DNA of 64,000 nucleotides from Gammaproteobacteria bacterium (GTDB lineage Bacteria; Pseudomonadota; Gammaproteobacteria; Steroidobacterales; Foliamicaceae): contig VXYS01000004.1 of assembly GCA_009845905.1 (NCBI GenBank), positions 151,285-215,284 of the forward strand. The letters are read 5' to 3'. The translations under genes and the position numbers were made by a program. The notes beneath the pieces are model-generated. The model was not told the DNA's origin, did no database searches, and saw only the letters and a program-made list of their open reading frames with translations. Within the stretch, counting starts at the first letter, position 1, and the number at the start of each line of letters is the position of its first letter. Shown here piece by piece: positions 9,507 through 19,262 of the stretch.

Positions 9507-11723
9507 CTAATTTGAATGTTTCGAGGCGACCGGCCCCTTCTGATCGAACAGACCATAGAAGCCGCTCCACATGAACTCCCGGCCGGCGACCCTGATTGCA
9601 TGCTCAAGGTCGTCGTCGGGGTCGTAAGAAAGAGCCAGGTAGCGCTCACCGCGCTGCCTGTTGACAATTTTCACCAGCGTGCGGTTGCCTTCCCGGATTC
9701 GCTCGATCGCGGCGATAGACCCTTCGCTGCCGATTGTGGACTCTTCCGCCGCGTCGTACTCGCCATGCGCTTCCAGCGTGGAAACGAAGGTGCTGTCGCC
9801 CGAGCTTCGTGTTCGCAGGATCACGGCCTGCTCGCGCCGGAGATTGATCTGGGGATCGTTGGCGCCCAGTTCCGCAAAGAGCACCTGCAGCGGTTCTTCG
9901 GCCTGGATCGAATACGTATAGAAGCGATCGTCGGCAAGCCAGGTCATCGAGAACAGCTCGCCGGCAGCCACCTCGGTTTCCGCCCGCAGCCATAGATGCT
10001 GGTAACCATTGGCGCTGCCCAGCGGCATCATTTTGTCGGTCATTGCGCGAAGCGACGGGCTGGTGGCTATGACCTGGCCCTTGAAGTGAACCGGCAAATC
10101 GTATTGCCGTGCCCCCGATCCTGTCACTTCAAGCACGTCCACAACGACGGGGCCGTCCGCTAGCACGCCGTCCGCCAGAACCAGAGTGCGACTGAAGGAA
10201 ACGCCCTCATAGGCGCCGTCCATGGACGCCGCCGCGACATGAACGCCCTTCTCGCTTGCGTAGTACAGCATCTCGGGATGGAAACGCTCGCCGACCGACA
10301 AACGGGCGCCGAAATGACTCTCCCCGTCCACGACCAGCGTATTGTGGGCAACCGTCTGCTTGGCCCAGGATTCGTTCTCGGGCAAGTAGCGCCCGCCGTT
10401 CTTGGGCTCGATATTGAGGAAACGCGCGGCGCCGTAGTCGGCCACGATCTCGTTGCCGTTGTCGTAGAAGATCCAGTTCAGCTTGTCGAAATGGCCGTGT
10501 CCCATTCCCTGCGCCGTGGCCTTGAACACCAGCGCCTGGTGGCCCGGTCCCGCGCCGTTGCGAAGAACCGCCAGACCGCCCTGTTCGCCGGCGGGGCCGT
10601 CCCTGAGCAGCACGGATCGGTGCTCGTAGGGCTCCGCCTCGCCGCGGTCCGCCGCCAGCGCCGCCTCGAAGCCGTCCCCGGTCAGCACGTAGGACTCCTG
10701 CCGCCGCGCCACCGACAGCAGCCTCGGGTCGCCGGTGAGCGCGTAGGCGATGGCTACGCCGTGGCGCAACTCGACGGTGTCCAGTCCCTTCTCCCGGATC
10801 GCGTCGTTGATCGGAAAGAACAAGCCGCCGTAGGAAAGCTCGATGCAGGCATAGATCGCCTTCAGCAACAGGCCGTCGCGATACTCGAATATCTTCAGTT
10901 CCGGATCGTTGTTCTCGATGCTGCGGGCAAATACCACCAGCGGCATCAATGCGTAACGCTGGTAGTACGGGCCCTCGGCGTAGTAGCCGTCCGGCGATAG
11001 CAGCAGGTCGAGCTGCCGGATGAACCCGGCTTCACCGTCGCCGTTGAGGCCGTAAAGCGACATTTCCACGTACGACGGGTCGTCGAGCGTGTATCCGGTC
11101 ATCCCGACAGCGGCCACCGCCCAGGTTCCGTGGTTGTGAATCCGGTCGAACGTCTGCGGCGATTCCACCGAAAGGAAGTCGGCCATGGGCCGCAGCAAAC
11201 GTTCTTCTATTACGCTCTTTTCGTCGTCGGAAAGGGTGTCGACAATCGCATCGTAGCCCTGGATTGCGTGAACCAGCCAGACGGATTCATTGAGGCTCTG
11301 CCAGAACAGCCGGCCCGGCGTCTGCTCCTTCTTCATCGGATGCTCGCCCAGGCCCGGATACAGGACCGCATACGCCAGCAACAACGATTTGGCATGATCG
11401 GCGTAGCGCCCGTCGCCGGTGAGCTGATAGACAACTCCGGCTTCGTGGATCGCGACGCCGTTTCGCTTGTGCTGTTCGTGCGAATAGCCGCCGCCGGCGT
11501 CGATGGGAGCGGGCACGTCGGGCTCGGATGCGAAATAAAGGTCGACGCGCGCCCGGGTCCGCTCCAGCGAGCGCATGAAGCCCGGCGACTCGCCCATCGC
11601 GGCGGTGACACTCGCGACGTCACCTGCGGTCAGCAGCAGGCGAGGATGCGATGCCCGGCCATCCTGCGGCCAGCCGCCGATCGCCAGGGCCGCCAGGGCC
11701 GGAACGACAAGGGACCGGCGCAT
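9507..11723 (-). CDS. PL17-type exo-oligoalginate lyase (heparinase II/III C-terminal domain)
   Basis: QSLNE, HNHGTW, YYAEGPYYQRYA, HGHFDKL and DYGAARF motifs as in Alg17c-type enzymes; signal peptide. Confidence 0.9.
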   Translation of the reverse strand: MRRSLVVPALAALAIGGWPQDGRASHPRLLLTAGDVASVTAAMGESPGFMRSLERTRARVDLYFASEPDVPAPIDAGGGYSHEQHKRNGVAIHEAGVVYQLTGDGRYADHAKSLLLAYAVLYPGLGEHPMKKEQTPGRLFWQSLNESVWLVHAIQGYDAIVDTLSDDEKSVIEERLLRPMADFLSVESPQTFDRIHNHGTWAVAAVGMTGYTLDDPSYVEMSLYGLNGDGEAGFIRQLDLLLSPDGYYAEGPYYQRYALMPLVVFARSIENNDPELKIFEYRDGLLLKAIYACIELSYGGLFFPINDAIREKGLDTVELRHGVAIAYALTGDPRLLSVARRQESYVLTGDGFEAALAADRGEAEPYEHRSVLLRDGPAGEQGGLAVLRNGAGPGHQALVFKATAQGMGHGHFDKLNWIFYDNGNEIVADYGAARFLNIEPKNGGRYLPENESWAKQTVAHNTLVVDGESHFGARLSVGERFHPEMLYYASEKGVHVAAASMDGAYEGVSFSRTLVLADGVLADGPVVVDVLEVTGSGARQYDLPVHFKGQVIATSPSLRAMTDKMMPLGSANGYQHLWLRAETEVAAGELFSMTWLADDRFYTYSIQAEEPLQVLFAELGANDPQINLRREQAVILRTRSSGDSTFVSTLEAHGEYDAAEESTIGSEGSIAAIERIREGNRTLVKIVNRQRGERYLALSYDPDDDLEHAIRVAGREFMWSGFYGLFDQKGPVASKHSN

Positions 11724-13927
11724 TACGGCGCGCCGATCTCGCCCACGATCGGCTCCGGCGTGCCGGCAAACCGATTGCCCCCGATTCGCGTGATCGGATC
11801 GCCGACCGTGTGCGTAACGCGTATCGGAAGGCTGTCGATGAATTCGTTGTCGTGAATGTCGGCCACCTGCACGCCCAGCAGCCGTATCGACGCGGCCGTC
11901 TTGTTGCGCGTATTGTGACCGACCGAGTCCAGCACGCTGGAACGGATTTCGAGCCGGGGGCCGAAGGTGCTCTCGTCCGTACCGCCGCGGTAAATGTCCA
12001 CCACGGCGCCGCCGATGTTGGTGAACCGGCTTTCGACAACCGAAATGACCTCGCCGTTATAGCGGCCCAGGTCGTCGATTTCCCTGCTCAGCGAAATCAC
12101 GCTGCCGGTAATGTCGCTGAATTCGGAGCGCGTGATGCGAATCTCATTCGCAAAGGTGTTCTTGGCCACCAGGAAGAAATTGAAAAGGTAATTGACGTCC
12201 AGGTCGCTTACGGAGCAATCGTCGACCAACAGGCCGTAGTTGCTCGTCATCGAGTAGCGGCTGGTGCGAACCACCGAGTTGCCCGAAATGTCGGGAGAAG
12301 CTGCGCCGGAAATCTCCAGGCCCGAAAGCTCGAGGCGCCCGCCATCGTCAATCTCGAACAGCGCCGGGCGCTCGAACTCCAGCCTCACCGTTCCACGGCC
12401 CCGGGATGCCCTTATGCTCAAGGGCCGGTCGACCATGATCGTCTTCCTGACCCGGTAATCGCCCGGGGCCAGTTCCAGGACGGAACCCGCTTCGGCCCGG
12501 GCGGCGGCATTGAACAGGGCATCCTCGCCGGGCGTGACGAGGATTGTGGGCGGGGCCACGGGGGAGGAACCCGGTTTCGGATACCAGGCAACGCCCGTTT
12601 CGTCCTTGTCCAGCACCTTCAGGTCCGCGCGAACGCCGATTGAAGCGAGGTCGTCTCCGACCGGATACCAGAGCCCATTGGCGGCCTGCCGCATCTCGAC
12701 GGGGGCGTTCGAAAAACCGCTCTTTAGCGGCAGATCGTCGACCGCGTTCGCCGCATTGTCCTCGAATGCGATCCCGCTGATGTCGTCATGCACCCGGATG
12801 ACGTTCTCGCCGTCACGGTTGAATACCAGGTTGGAACGGAACACGCTGTCGATCGGCGTCGCCGAGCGCTCTTCGTCACTGCCCCCGGCCATTTCGATGT
12901 AGTCGCACTGAATGATCGAGTTGCTCTCCATCACCACGTCCTCGACCTGGTGATAACGGTTCAGCGGCGAATCCGGAACTCCGTTCATGACCGTGAAGGC
13001 GGCCCCGAAACGGTAACCGGTCAGCCCATGCAGGTAGTTGTTGCGGACCACATGCCCCTTGTTGATGACCCGTATGCCGCCGGTGTTCGGAACACCGTTG
13101 CCGAGGAACACGTTGTCCTCCACCACGGCGTTGTTGCCGTGCCGCATCGTGAGCGTGCCGCGCGATTCCAGGAACAGGTTTCCGCGGAAGGTGTTTCCGC
13201 CGGACTTGTTGGAGATGATCTCCAGCTCGCCGTCGCAGCGATCGAACACGTTGTTCTCGACGACGGTCAGCGAATCGGCCATCGAGTAGTGGCTGGTGCC
13301 GATACGCAGCGTCTCGCCGCCGTTGGACCCCAGTATCGGCCGCGGGCCGAAATAGTTGTGGTCGATGCGGTGGTGGTTTAGCTGGTTTTCCTCGCCGTCC
13401 AGCCGCACGGCCATGGTGACCCCGAGATTGCCCTTGCCCTCGACGTGGTTGTGGTCGAAGCGGTTGTGGCGCCCGAACATCAGCACCCAGAAATCGATCT
13501 CATGCCGTTCCGGGTTGTTGAACCGGTCGATGACGGTCTCGGTCACCCTTGAGTAATTGGCGGGTTCGCCCTTCGTCCGGCGAAAGGAAATCACGGTACT
13601 GGTCGGCGTGTAGCCGTCCCTGAACACCAGTCCGGAAACGACCAGGTGGTTGCCGGCGAGACGCAGGTTGGACTGGCCGCTGATCACGACCTGCCCCTTT
13701 GTTTCCGCCGTCAGGGTAATCGGCCGGTCCGGCTCCCCGTTGCCGACAAGGAGAATCTCGAAATCGCGCCAGACCCCGTTGGCGAGCACGATGACGTCAC
13801 CCGGCCCGGCGCGCTCGACCGCATCACGGTATTCCTCCTGATTTGTAACGAGCGTTTCGGCTGCGGATGCGCTTCCCGCCGCGAAAAAGGCGAGCGCGGA
13901 AGCTACCAGAAATCTCCGGTACGACAT
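11723..13927 (-). CDS. PL6 alginate lyase (chondroitinase-B-like beta-helix, two-domain)
   Basis: NGGETLRIGTS, EIISNKS (catalytic Lys) and TLTMRHG (catalytic Arg) motifs; signal peptide. Confidence 0.9.
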   Translation of the reverse strand: MSYRRFLVASALAFFAAGSASAAETLVTNQEEYRDAVERAGPGDVIVLANGVWRDFEILLVGNGEPDRPITLTAETKGQVVISGQSNLRLAGNHLVVSGLVFRDGYTPTSTVISFRRTKGEPANYSRVTETVIDRFNNPERHEIDFWVLMFGRHNRFDHNHVEGKGNLGVTMAVRLDGEENQLNHHRIDHNYFGPRPILGSNGGETLRIGTSHYSMADSLTVVENNVFDRCDGELEIISNKSGGNTFRGNLFLESRGTLTMRHGNNAVVEDNVFLGNGVPNTGGIRVINKGHVVRNNYLHGLTGYRFGAAFTVMNGVPDSPLNRYHQVEDVVMESNSIIQCDYIEMAGGSDEERSATPIDSVFRSNLVFNRDGENVIRVHDDISGIAFEDNAANAVDDLPLKSGFSNAPVEMRQAANGLWYPVGDDLASIGVRADLKVLDKDETGVAWYPKPGSSPVAPPTILVTPGEDALFNAAARAEAGSVLELAPGDYRVRKTIMVDRPLSIRASRGRGTVRLEFERPALFEIDDGGRLELSGLEISGAASPDISGNSVVRTSRYSMTSNYGLLVDDCSVSDLDVNYLFNFFLVAKNTFANEIRITRSEFSDITGSVISLSREIDDLGRYNGEVISVVESRFTNIGGAVVDIYRGGTDESTFGPRLEIRSSVLDSVGHNTRNKTAASIRLLGVQVADIHDNEFIDSLPIRVTHTVGDPITRIGGNRFAGTPEPIVGEIGAP

Positions 13928-13946
13928 GAAAAGGCTCCTGGCTTAG

Positions 13947-14720
13947 CTAGATTCGTGCGCTTTTGAGGAAACGCTCGCGGCTCTCGCTGGCCTTCCTGCG
14001 AACGTCCCTGAGCGCCTTCTGCTCGGTCACGTCCAGCATGGATTCCAGCAGCCGCGTGAAGTGCTTTCTCATCGCCATCCGCGCCTGTGAGGGATTGCGG
14101 CTATGCAGCGCATCGAGAATCTCCCGGTGTTCTCCCCCGCGAACCGCCGCATCTTCCGAGCAAACGGAGTCATACACCTTCTTGACCGGCGCCAGTTCCA
14201 TGCGCATCCGCCAGAGCTTCTCGACGATGTAGTAGAGCACCGAATTCCCGGCGGCGGCGGCAATGGTCAGGTGAAAGTCCCGGTCCGCGAGTTCCGCCGC
14301 ATCGACGTCTTCGTGGTCGTCGCTGCTCATGTCCTCGATGAGTTGCTCAAGCTCGGCCAGCGTCTCGTCGCTGATGTCGGGCGCCGCAAGCGCCGCCACT
14401 TCGGACTCGAACAGGGAACGCGCTTCGGTCAGTTCGAGCGCGCTTACGCTGGGCAGCACGTCCACCTGGGAGACGGCGGCGTCCAGTACGTGCGCTCCCG
14501 ATCCGGGCCGCACTTCGAGCTTTCCGAGAGCCTGCAGCGAAATCAGCGCCTGGCGGACCGTGATCCGGCTGACATTGAATTGTTCGGCCAGCTCGCGCTC
14601 CCCGGGCAAGCGGGTGCCGGGCGGATACACGCCTTTTTGCATCCGCTGCGCAATCCGTTGCGCAACGGCCTCATACAACCTTTGTTCCTTCATCTTTGTC
14701 GGCGATGCGGCAACATTCAA
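13947..14720 (-). CDS. GntR/FadR-family transcriptional regulator
   Basis: LPGERELAEQFNVSRITVRQAL wHTH plus FCD domain (DRDFH...EHREILDAL). Alternative start ATG 14693. Confidence 0.92.
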   Translation of the reverse strand: MNVAASPTKMKEQRLYEAVAQRIAQRMQKGVYPPGTRLPGERELAEQFNVSRITVRQALISLQALGKLEVRPGSGAHVLDAAVSQVDVLPSVSALELTEARSLFESEVAALAAPDISDETLAELEQLIEDMSSDDHEDVDAAELADRDFHLTIAAAAGNSVLYYIVEKLWRMRMELAPVKKVYDSVCSEDAAVRGGEHREILDALHSRNPSQARMAMRKHFTRLLESMLDVTEQKALRDVRRKASESRERFLKSARI

Positions 14721-17700
14721 AACCTCGCTGTAACACCGGCGAATATACGTGGGCCATACTCCAGGGTTTGAACCACCTCGCCTTCCAACGCGCGGAAATC
14801 GACACGTGGCTCACCAAGCACGTTAATGCCTTCCAGCGAAAGCTGGATATTGTCGGTCATGTCGTACCTCAGGCGAAGGTCCAGCGTTTTGTAGCCATCC
14901 ACATATCGAACGCGAGCCGTAGTATCGCGACCATAGCCCTGGAAGTACTGGGAACGCGCCTTGAAAATCGCCTGCACGCTGAAGCGATCATTTTGCCAGT
15001 AAAGCTGCGTTGCGCTGGTATGACGTGACAGCCCCCACAGCCCGGCCGGCGGCAAAAGGCCCAGGAGCGGGGTCGGATTGCCGTCAGCGTCGAAGGCCGT
15101 ACCGTCACCGCCGTGCCCATCCTCGAATTCGAAATCGGAATCCGCGTAGTTATAGCTGAACTTCGCACCAAAGCCGCTCAGAAAACCTGGCAGATAGTCG
15201 AACGCATGGGTAGCGGTGACTTCAAGACCGGTGAGGTCGCTCTTGTCGCCGGACACCTGAGTGGTCCTTACGGTACCGCTGACCGTATTTCCATCAATCA
15301 CAAAGTCTTCCTGCTGATAAACATTCTCGAAACCACCCTGAAACCGCTTCCAGTAGACACCCGCCGCCAACATCGTGTCTTCGTTGGCATACCATTCCAG
15401 ACTAACGTCCAGATTCCAGGATGGCAGAGGTTCCAGCTTCGGGTTGCCCGGCGCGCCAATACCCTGCACCGCTTCTTCCAGGGTGGCGTAACCCGAATCC
15501 GGGTCATCGGAGTCATTGGTGTTGATGCCGCGACTGTTCCCGTAGGAGTGAGGATCCGGACGCGAAGTACCCTTGAACACGCCGCCCCGGAATACCCAAT
15601 CGGCATTCAGATCCATGATGAAGGTCAGACTGGGCAAGACTTGCGTATAGCTATTGGTCTGCACCACTTGTTCGAAATCCGCGCCCGCTACCGGCTCAAC
15701 AAAATACAAGCCGCCTTCCTGTACGACGGTTAGCGGAGTTCGGTATCCGATCGACGAAATGTCCGTTTCAACGACACGCACGCCAAAGTTGCCGCGCACG
15801 GGCTTACCGGCCATTGCGGTTTCATAATTGGCCTGCACGTACACAGCCGTTGCATCTTCCGTCAAGTCGATACTGCCGGTCGAGAGTCCATTCTGGAAGC
15901 CGATTGCGGATCTGCCACCGTAGTTGGCAAGCAATTCATCAAGCAGGCAGCCATGATCGAATGTTGCCCATCCGGTGCCGGTGCCAATACCACTGGCAAC
16001 CGTAACAAGATCATTACCGCCTCTGGATTCCGACAGGAAACCAGGCTCCGGGAAACTGGGCTCACCGCAATTGTTGGCAGCGTTGAATACCACGGCGCGG
16101 GCTTCGGCCGTGTTGGAAGTGCCGCCGGGGACGCCGTCAAAATCCTCGTCCTCGAACAGACTCAATCCGTCGTCATTGCGAGCGCCGCCGAAGGTGCGGT
16201 ACTCCAGCCGGGAAGAGCGTACGCCTGCCTCGACATTATTGACGAAGCCCAGGGACTCGGTATCCCAGGACAGGTCCAGCCTGAAGGCGTCAATCGTGTG
16301 CTCGCGAATCTGCTGCCTGGCGCGAATTCGCGCACGATCGCGAGCGGTAAAGTAGGCAGGATTGGTAATGTCGAAGTCCAGCAGGGAAGCAGGATCACGC
16401 GAACTGCTGCCGTCCGTGCTGAGAATGGTTGGCAGCGTAAGTCCATCCGTGCCGGGCGCATTCACGTCGAAATGGACCCAGAACTCTTCTCTGCCTGAAG
16501 TGCGGTCCGGATCCGTGATCAATACCTCGTTGGCAGCCATGCGAACCTCAACGTCCGTCTCGGTGCGCTTGGTGTCCGCGAAAGCCGCATCAAACGAAAT
16601 TTCCAGGCTATCCGTGGCTTGCCAGGCAATGTTCAGGCCGGCGCCTTCATACTCTTCAAAACGTGTGAAGTCCGTTGTATTGGATCGGATGTCGGTATCT
16701 GCGACGAAACTTTGCAGTAGCCCCGTACGCGGGTTGGAAACGACGTCCCGCAGGTTATTCTGGGTTGCTCCGAACTGAAGGTCCTGGCGCAGTTCCTTCT
16801 GATCCCGCTCGGACTGCTGGAAATCGAGCATGAAATCCAGACGATCATTGGGTTGCCACTGGATCACCCCGAACAAGGCCTCACGGTCGTCATCCGTTGT
16901 GTTCCGGCGGAACGTACGATCACGAGCTATGTAGGCAAACGGAATATCCGAAACGCTGTTGTAGTTGGGATTGGAATCGATAAGGTCCTGAAGCTGGTCA
17001 TTGCTCAAGTCGGGGTCGCCTGCGTTTTCATCGCACCGGCCGGACGTATCGAGCGGCTGCGCGTTGGAATCGAATGAATCCAGCACACAGGCTTCAAACC
17101 GCCCGCCGCCGGTGGTATGAGTGGCCTCCGCCTCGGGGTTGGAGTCGTCCCGCACTTGTCCTCCGATGGATATGCCGATCCTGCCCAGACCTTCAAATTC
17201 CCATGAATTGATATAGCTGGCGGTGGCGCGGTGGCCATACTCATCCTGGCCGATTATGTTGCCGTCGTCGGGATGCGCCGAGCTCTTGACGCTGAATTGC
17301 ATGCGCTGGTCGCCGTACTCGATAGGCCGCCGGGTGCTTAAGTGAACCTGACCGCTGACGGCGCCTTCAAGATAGCTCGCAGACTGCGTTTTATGAATGG
17401 CAACGGCATTGAACAATTCAGAAGGGAAGATACTGAAGTTGACCGCGCGGTTGCCGCTTCCGTTCGTGGACTCCCGGAAATTGACGACCGTGTTGCCCAG
17501 GTAGGGCCCCAAGCCCCGGATCGCAACCTCGGTAGCGCCTCCGTTCTCGCGATGAGTGGCGGCGCCTGTGACTGTCTCCAGTGCTTCGCCGATGGACAAG
17601 GCCGGCAGTGCGCCGATCTCTTCCGCATTGAGTCCGTCAACGATTGTGACGGAATTCCGCTTGAGCCGGATGGAATCCTGGATCTCGCGTCGCACTCCTG

Positions 17701-17866
17701 TTACGACAATCTCTTCAATCATCGACTCATCGACCTCGAGCGGCACATCGGAATCTTCCTCTTCCTGCGCGTATGCGGGCGAACCCGCAAGCACGATGGC
17801 CAGAATTCCGCATATCGGGACCAGCGTACGGCGCCGTTGGCCAGCAGCAATCGCTACTTTCCGCAT
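14717..17866 (-). CDS. TonB-dependent receptor of the alginate locus
   Basis: Signal peptide, EEIVVTG TonB box, plug domain, terminal Phe. Start moved to ATG 17866 after GAGGAG. Confidence 0.92.
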   Translation of the reverse strand: MRKVAIAAGQRRRTLVPICGILAIVLAGSPAYAQEEEDSDVPLEVDESMIEEIVVTGVRREIQDSIRLKRNSVTIVDGLNAEEIGALPALSIGEALETVTGAATHRENGGATEVAIRGLGPYLGNTVVNFRESTNGSGNRAVNFSIFPSELFNAVAIHKTQSASYLEGAVSGQVHLSTRRPIEYGDQRMQFSVKSSAHPDDGNIIGQDEYGHRATASYINSWEFEGLGRIGISIGGQVRDDSNPEAEATHTTGGGRFEACVLDSFDSNAQPLDTSGRCDENAGDPDLSNDQLQDLIDSNPNYNSVSDIPFAYIARDRTFRRNTTDDDREALFGVIQWQPNDRLDFMLDFQQSERDQKELRQDLQFGATQNNLRDVVSNPRTGLLQSFVADTDIRSNTTDFTRFEEYEGAGLNIAWQATDSLEISFDAAFADTKRTETDVEVRMAANEVLITDPDRTSGREEFWVHFDVNAPGTDGLTLPTILSTDGSSSRDPASLLDFDITNPAYFTARDRARIRARQQIREHTIDAFRLDLSWDTESLGFVNNVEAGVRSSRLEYRTFGGARNDDGLSLFEDEDFDGVPGGTSNTAEARAVVFNAANNCGEPSFPEPGFLSESRGGNDLVTVASGIGTGTGWATFDHGCLLDELLANYGGRSAIGFQNGLSTGSIDLTEDATAVYVQANYETAMAGKPVRGNFGVRVVETDISSIGYRTPLTVVQEGGLYFVEPVAGADFEQVVQTNSYTQVLPSLTFIMDLNADWVFRGGVFKGTSRPDPHSYGNSRGINTNDSDDPDSGYATLEEAVQGIGAPGNPKLEPLPSWNLDVSLEWYANEDTMLAAGVYWKRFQGGFENVYQQEDFVIDGNTVSGTVRTTQVSGDKSDLTGLEVTATHAFDYLPGFLSGFGAKFSYNYADSDFEFEDGHGGDGTAFDADGNPTPLLGLLPPAGLWGLSRHTSATQLYWQNDRFSVQAIFKARSQYFQGYGRDTTARVRYVDGYKTLDLRLRYDMTDNIQLSLEGINVLGEPRVDFRALEGEVVQTLEYGPRIFAGVTARF

Positions 17867-17916
17867 TTTCCTTCTCCTCACCAAGATTATGCGAAAAGTA
17901 TAGCCCAATTTGCTGA

Positions 17917-17933
17917 GATCAATAGTACCAGTT
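17917..17933. promoter_or_regulatory. Second, weaker FadR-type operator candidate
   Basis: Minus strand AACTGGT-ACT-ATTGATC. Confidence 0.35.
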
Positions 17934-17951
17934 ATCTGTGCCCTCAGTTTG

Positions 17952-17968
17952 AATTGGTAATATCAATC
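17952..17968. promoter_or_regulatory. Putative FadR-subfamily operator
   Basis: AATTGGT-AAT-ATCAATC resembles the PdhR/LldR/UxuR-type dyad AATTGGTnnnACCAATT; lies in the AT-rich region upstream of the TBDR. Confidence 0.55.
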
Positions 17969-17983
17969 TTGCGTGCGGGTGCG

Positions 17984-18610
17984 CTAATCCGTCTCGGGCC
18001 ACTTGCCCTCGATTTCCTTCTTCAGCATCCCGATCAGCATGGTCGGATAGAAGTCGTCCGTAGCCTCGGCCGCCGCGGCAAGAAACGCCAGCATTTGCGC
18101 CGGTTCAACCAGGCCTTCGCAACCGTCGAAACCGCCGTCCAGCGCATAATAGGCAAACCCGACCTGCGCGGCGAGGCGGCCGTACTCCGCCGAGCGTCGA
18201 ATCAGTCGGCCGGCCCTGCAGGCGTCCCCTCCGGTGTCGGTGTAGCCGAGATATTGCATGTAGCCGCTCACGAACAGCGCCTGCGGATACTCCGCGGCCA
18301 CGGCGGCCTCCATGTGCGGCCATCCCTTTCCGGTCTGCCCGCTGTAGGTGTACACGCGGGCGAGTTGATAGCGCAGCCTGGGGTTGCCCGGGTCCTCGGC
18401 CACCGCCGCCTCGCAGGCCGCAATCGCGCCGGGAAAGTTCATGTCCGACTGGGACACGCCCGGCGCCACCTTGTTGGGGTCCAGCGGGTGCGAAGTCGCC
18501 AGGTCGCACGGCGTAACTTCCTGCGAATACGGCGATGCATCCCATTCAAGCGTTTCCGCGGAAGTCCCGCCAAACGCAAGCAGTCCGCAAAAGGCAATCA
18601 GTTTCTTCAT
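17984..18610 (-). CDS. Secreted Sel1/TPR-like protein, paralog 2
   Basis: Signal peptide; CD..SHP.DP, AIAAC and PRLRYQLARVY; conserved Cys; 208 aa. Confidence 0.65.
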   Translation of the reverse strand: MKKLIAFCGLLAFGGTSAETLEWDASPYSQEVTPCDLATSHPLDPNKVAPGVSQSDMNFPGAIAACEAAVAEDPGNPRLRYQLARVYTYSGQTGKGWPHMEAAVAAEYPQALFVSGYMQYLGYTDTGGDACRAGRLIRRSAEYGRLAAQVGFAYYALDGGFDGCEGLVEPAQMLAFLAAAAEATDDFYPTMLIGMLKKEIEGKWPETD

Positions 18611-19233
18611 TGGTTTTCTCCCTCAAGTGCCCTGACCTCTTTCTTGAGCATCGCGATCAGCATGCTCTCGTAGAAGTCGCTGTTCGATTCCGCCGCCGCC
18701 TCGAGGAACATCATGAGTTCGCCCGGGTCGATGGTCACGTCGCAGCCCTCGAAAGCGCCGTCCAGGGCGTAGCGCGTGAATCCGACCTGTCCCGCCAGCC
18801 GGCCGTATTGCGCCGAACGCCGAAACAGGCTGCCCGCACGGCATATGTCTTTCCTGGCCTTGTTGATGCCCAGAAAGTGCAGGTAGCCGTTGACGAACAG
18901 CGCCTGCGGGTAGTCCGCCGCAATTGCCGCTTCGCGATGCGGATAGGCCTTCTCGCCCTGCCCGCTGTACCCGTACACCCGCGCCAGCTGATACCTCAGC
19001 CGCGGATTGCCGGGATCGGCCTCCACCGCCGCCTGGCAGGCCGTCGTGGCCCTGGCGAAGTCCATGTCCTGCTGCGACACGCCCGGCGACACCGAATACG
19101 GATCGTCGCCGTGCGAAGCCTCGATATCGCAAGGCGTGACTTCCTGGGAGTACGTCGAGGTGTCCCACTCGAGGGTTTCGGCCGAAGCTCCTGCGGCAAG
19201 GAACAGTCCGCAGGCTAACCAGCTTGCTTTCAT
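18607..19233 (-). CDS. Secreted Sel1/TPR-like protein, paralog 1
   Basis: Colinear with the neighbour (ETLEWD.S.YSQEVTPCD...PRLRYQLARVY); 208 aa; ATGA overlap. Confidence 0.65.
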   Translation of the reverse strand: MKASWLACGLFLAAGASAETLEWDTSTYSQEVTPCDIEASHGDDPYSVSPGVSQQDMDFARATTACQAAVEADPGNPRLRYQLARVYGYSGQGEKAYPHREAAIAADYPQALFVNGYLHFLGINKARKDICRAGSLFRRSAQYGRLAGQVGFTRYALDGAFEGCDVTIDPGELMMFLEAAAESNSDFYESMLIAMLKKEVRALEGENQ

Positions 19234-19262
19234 GTTTACTCCTCCTGACGGTTGAGGCTGCG

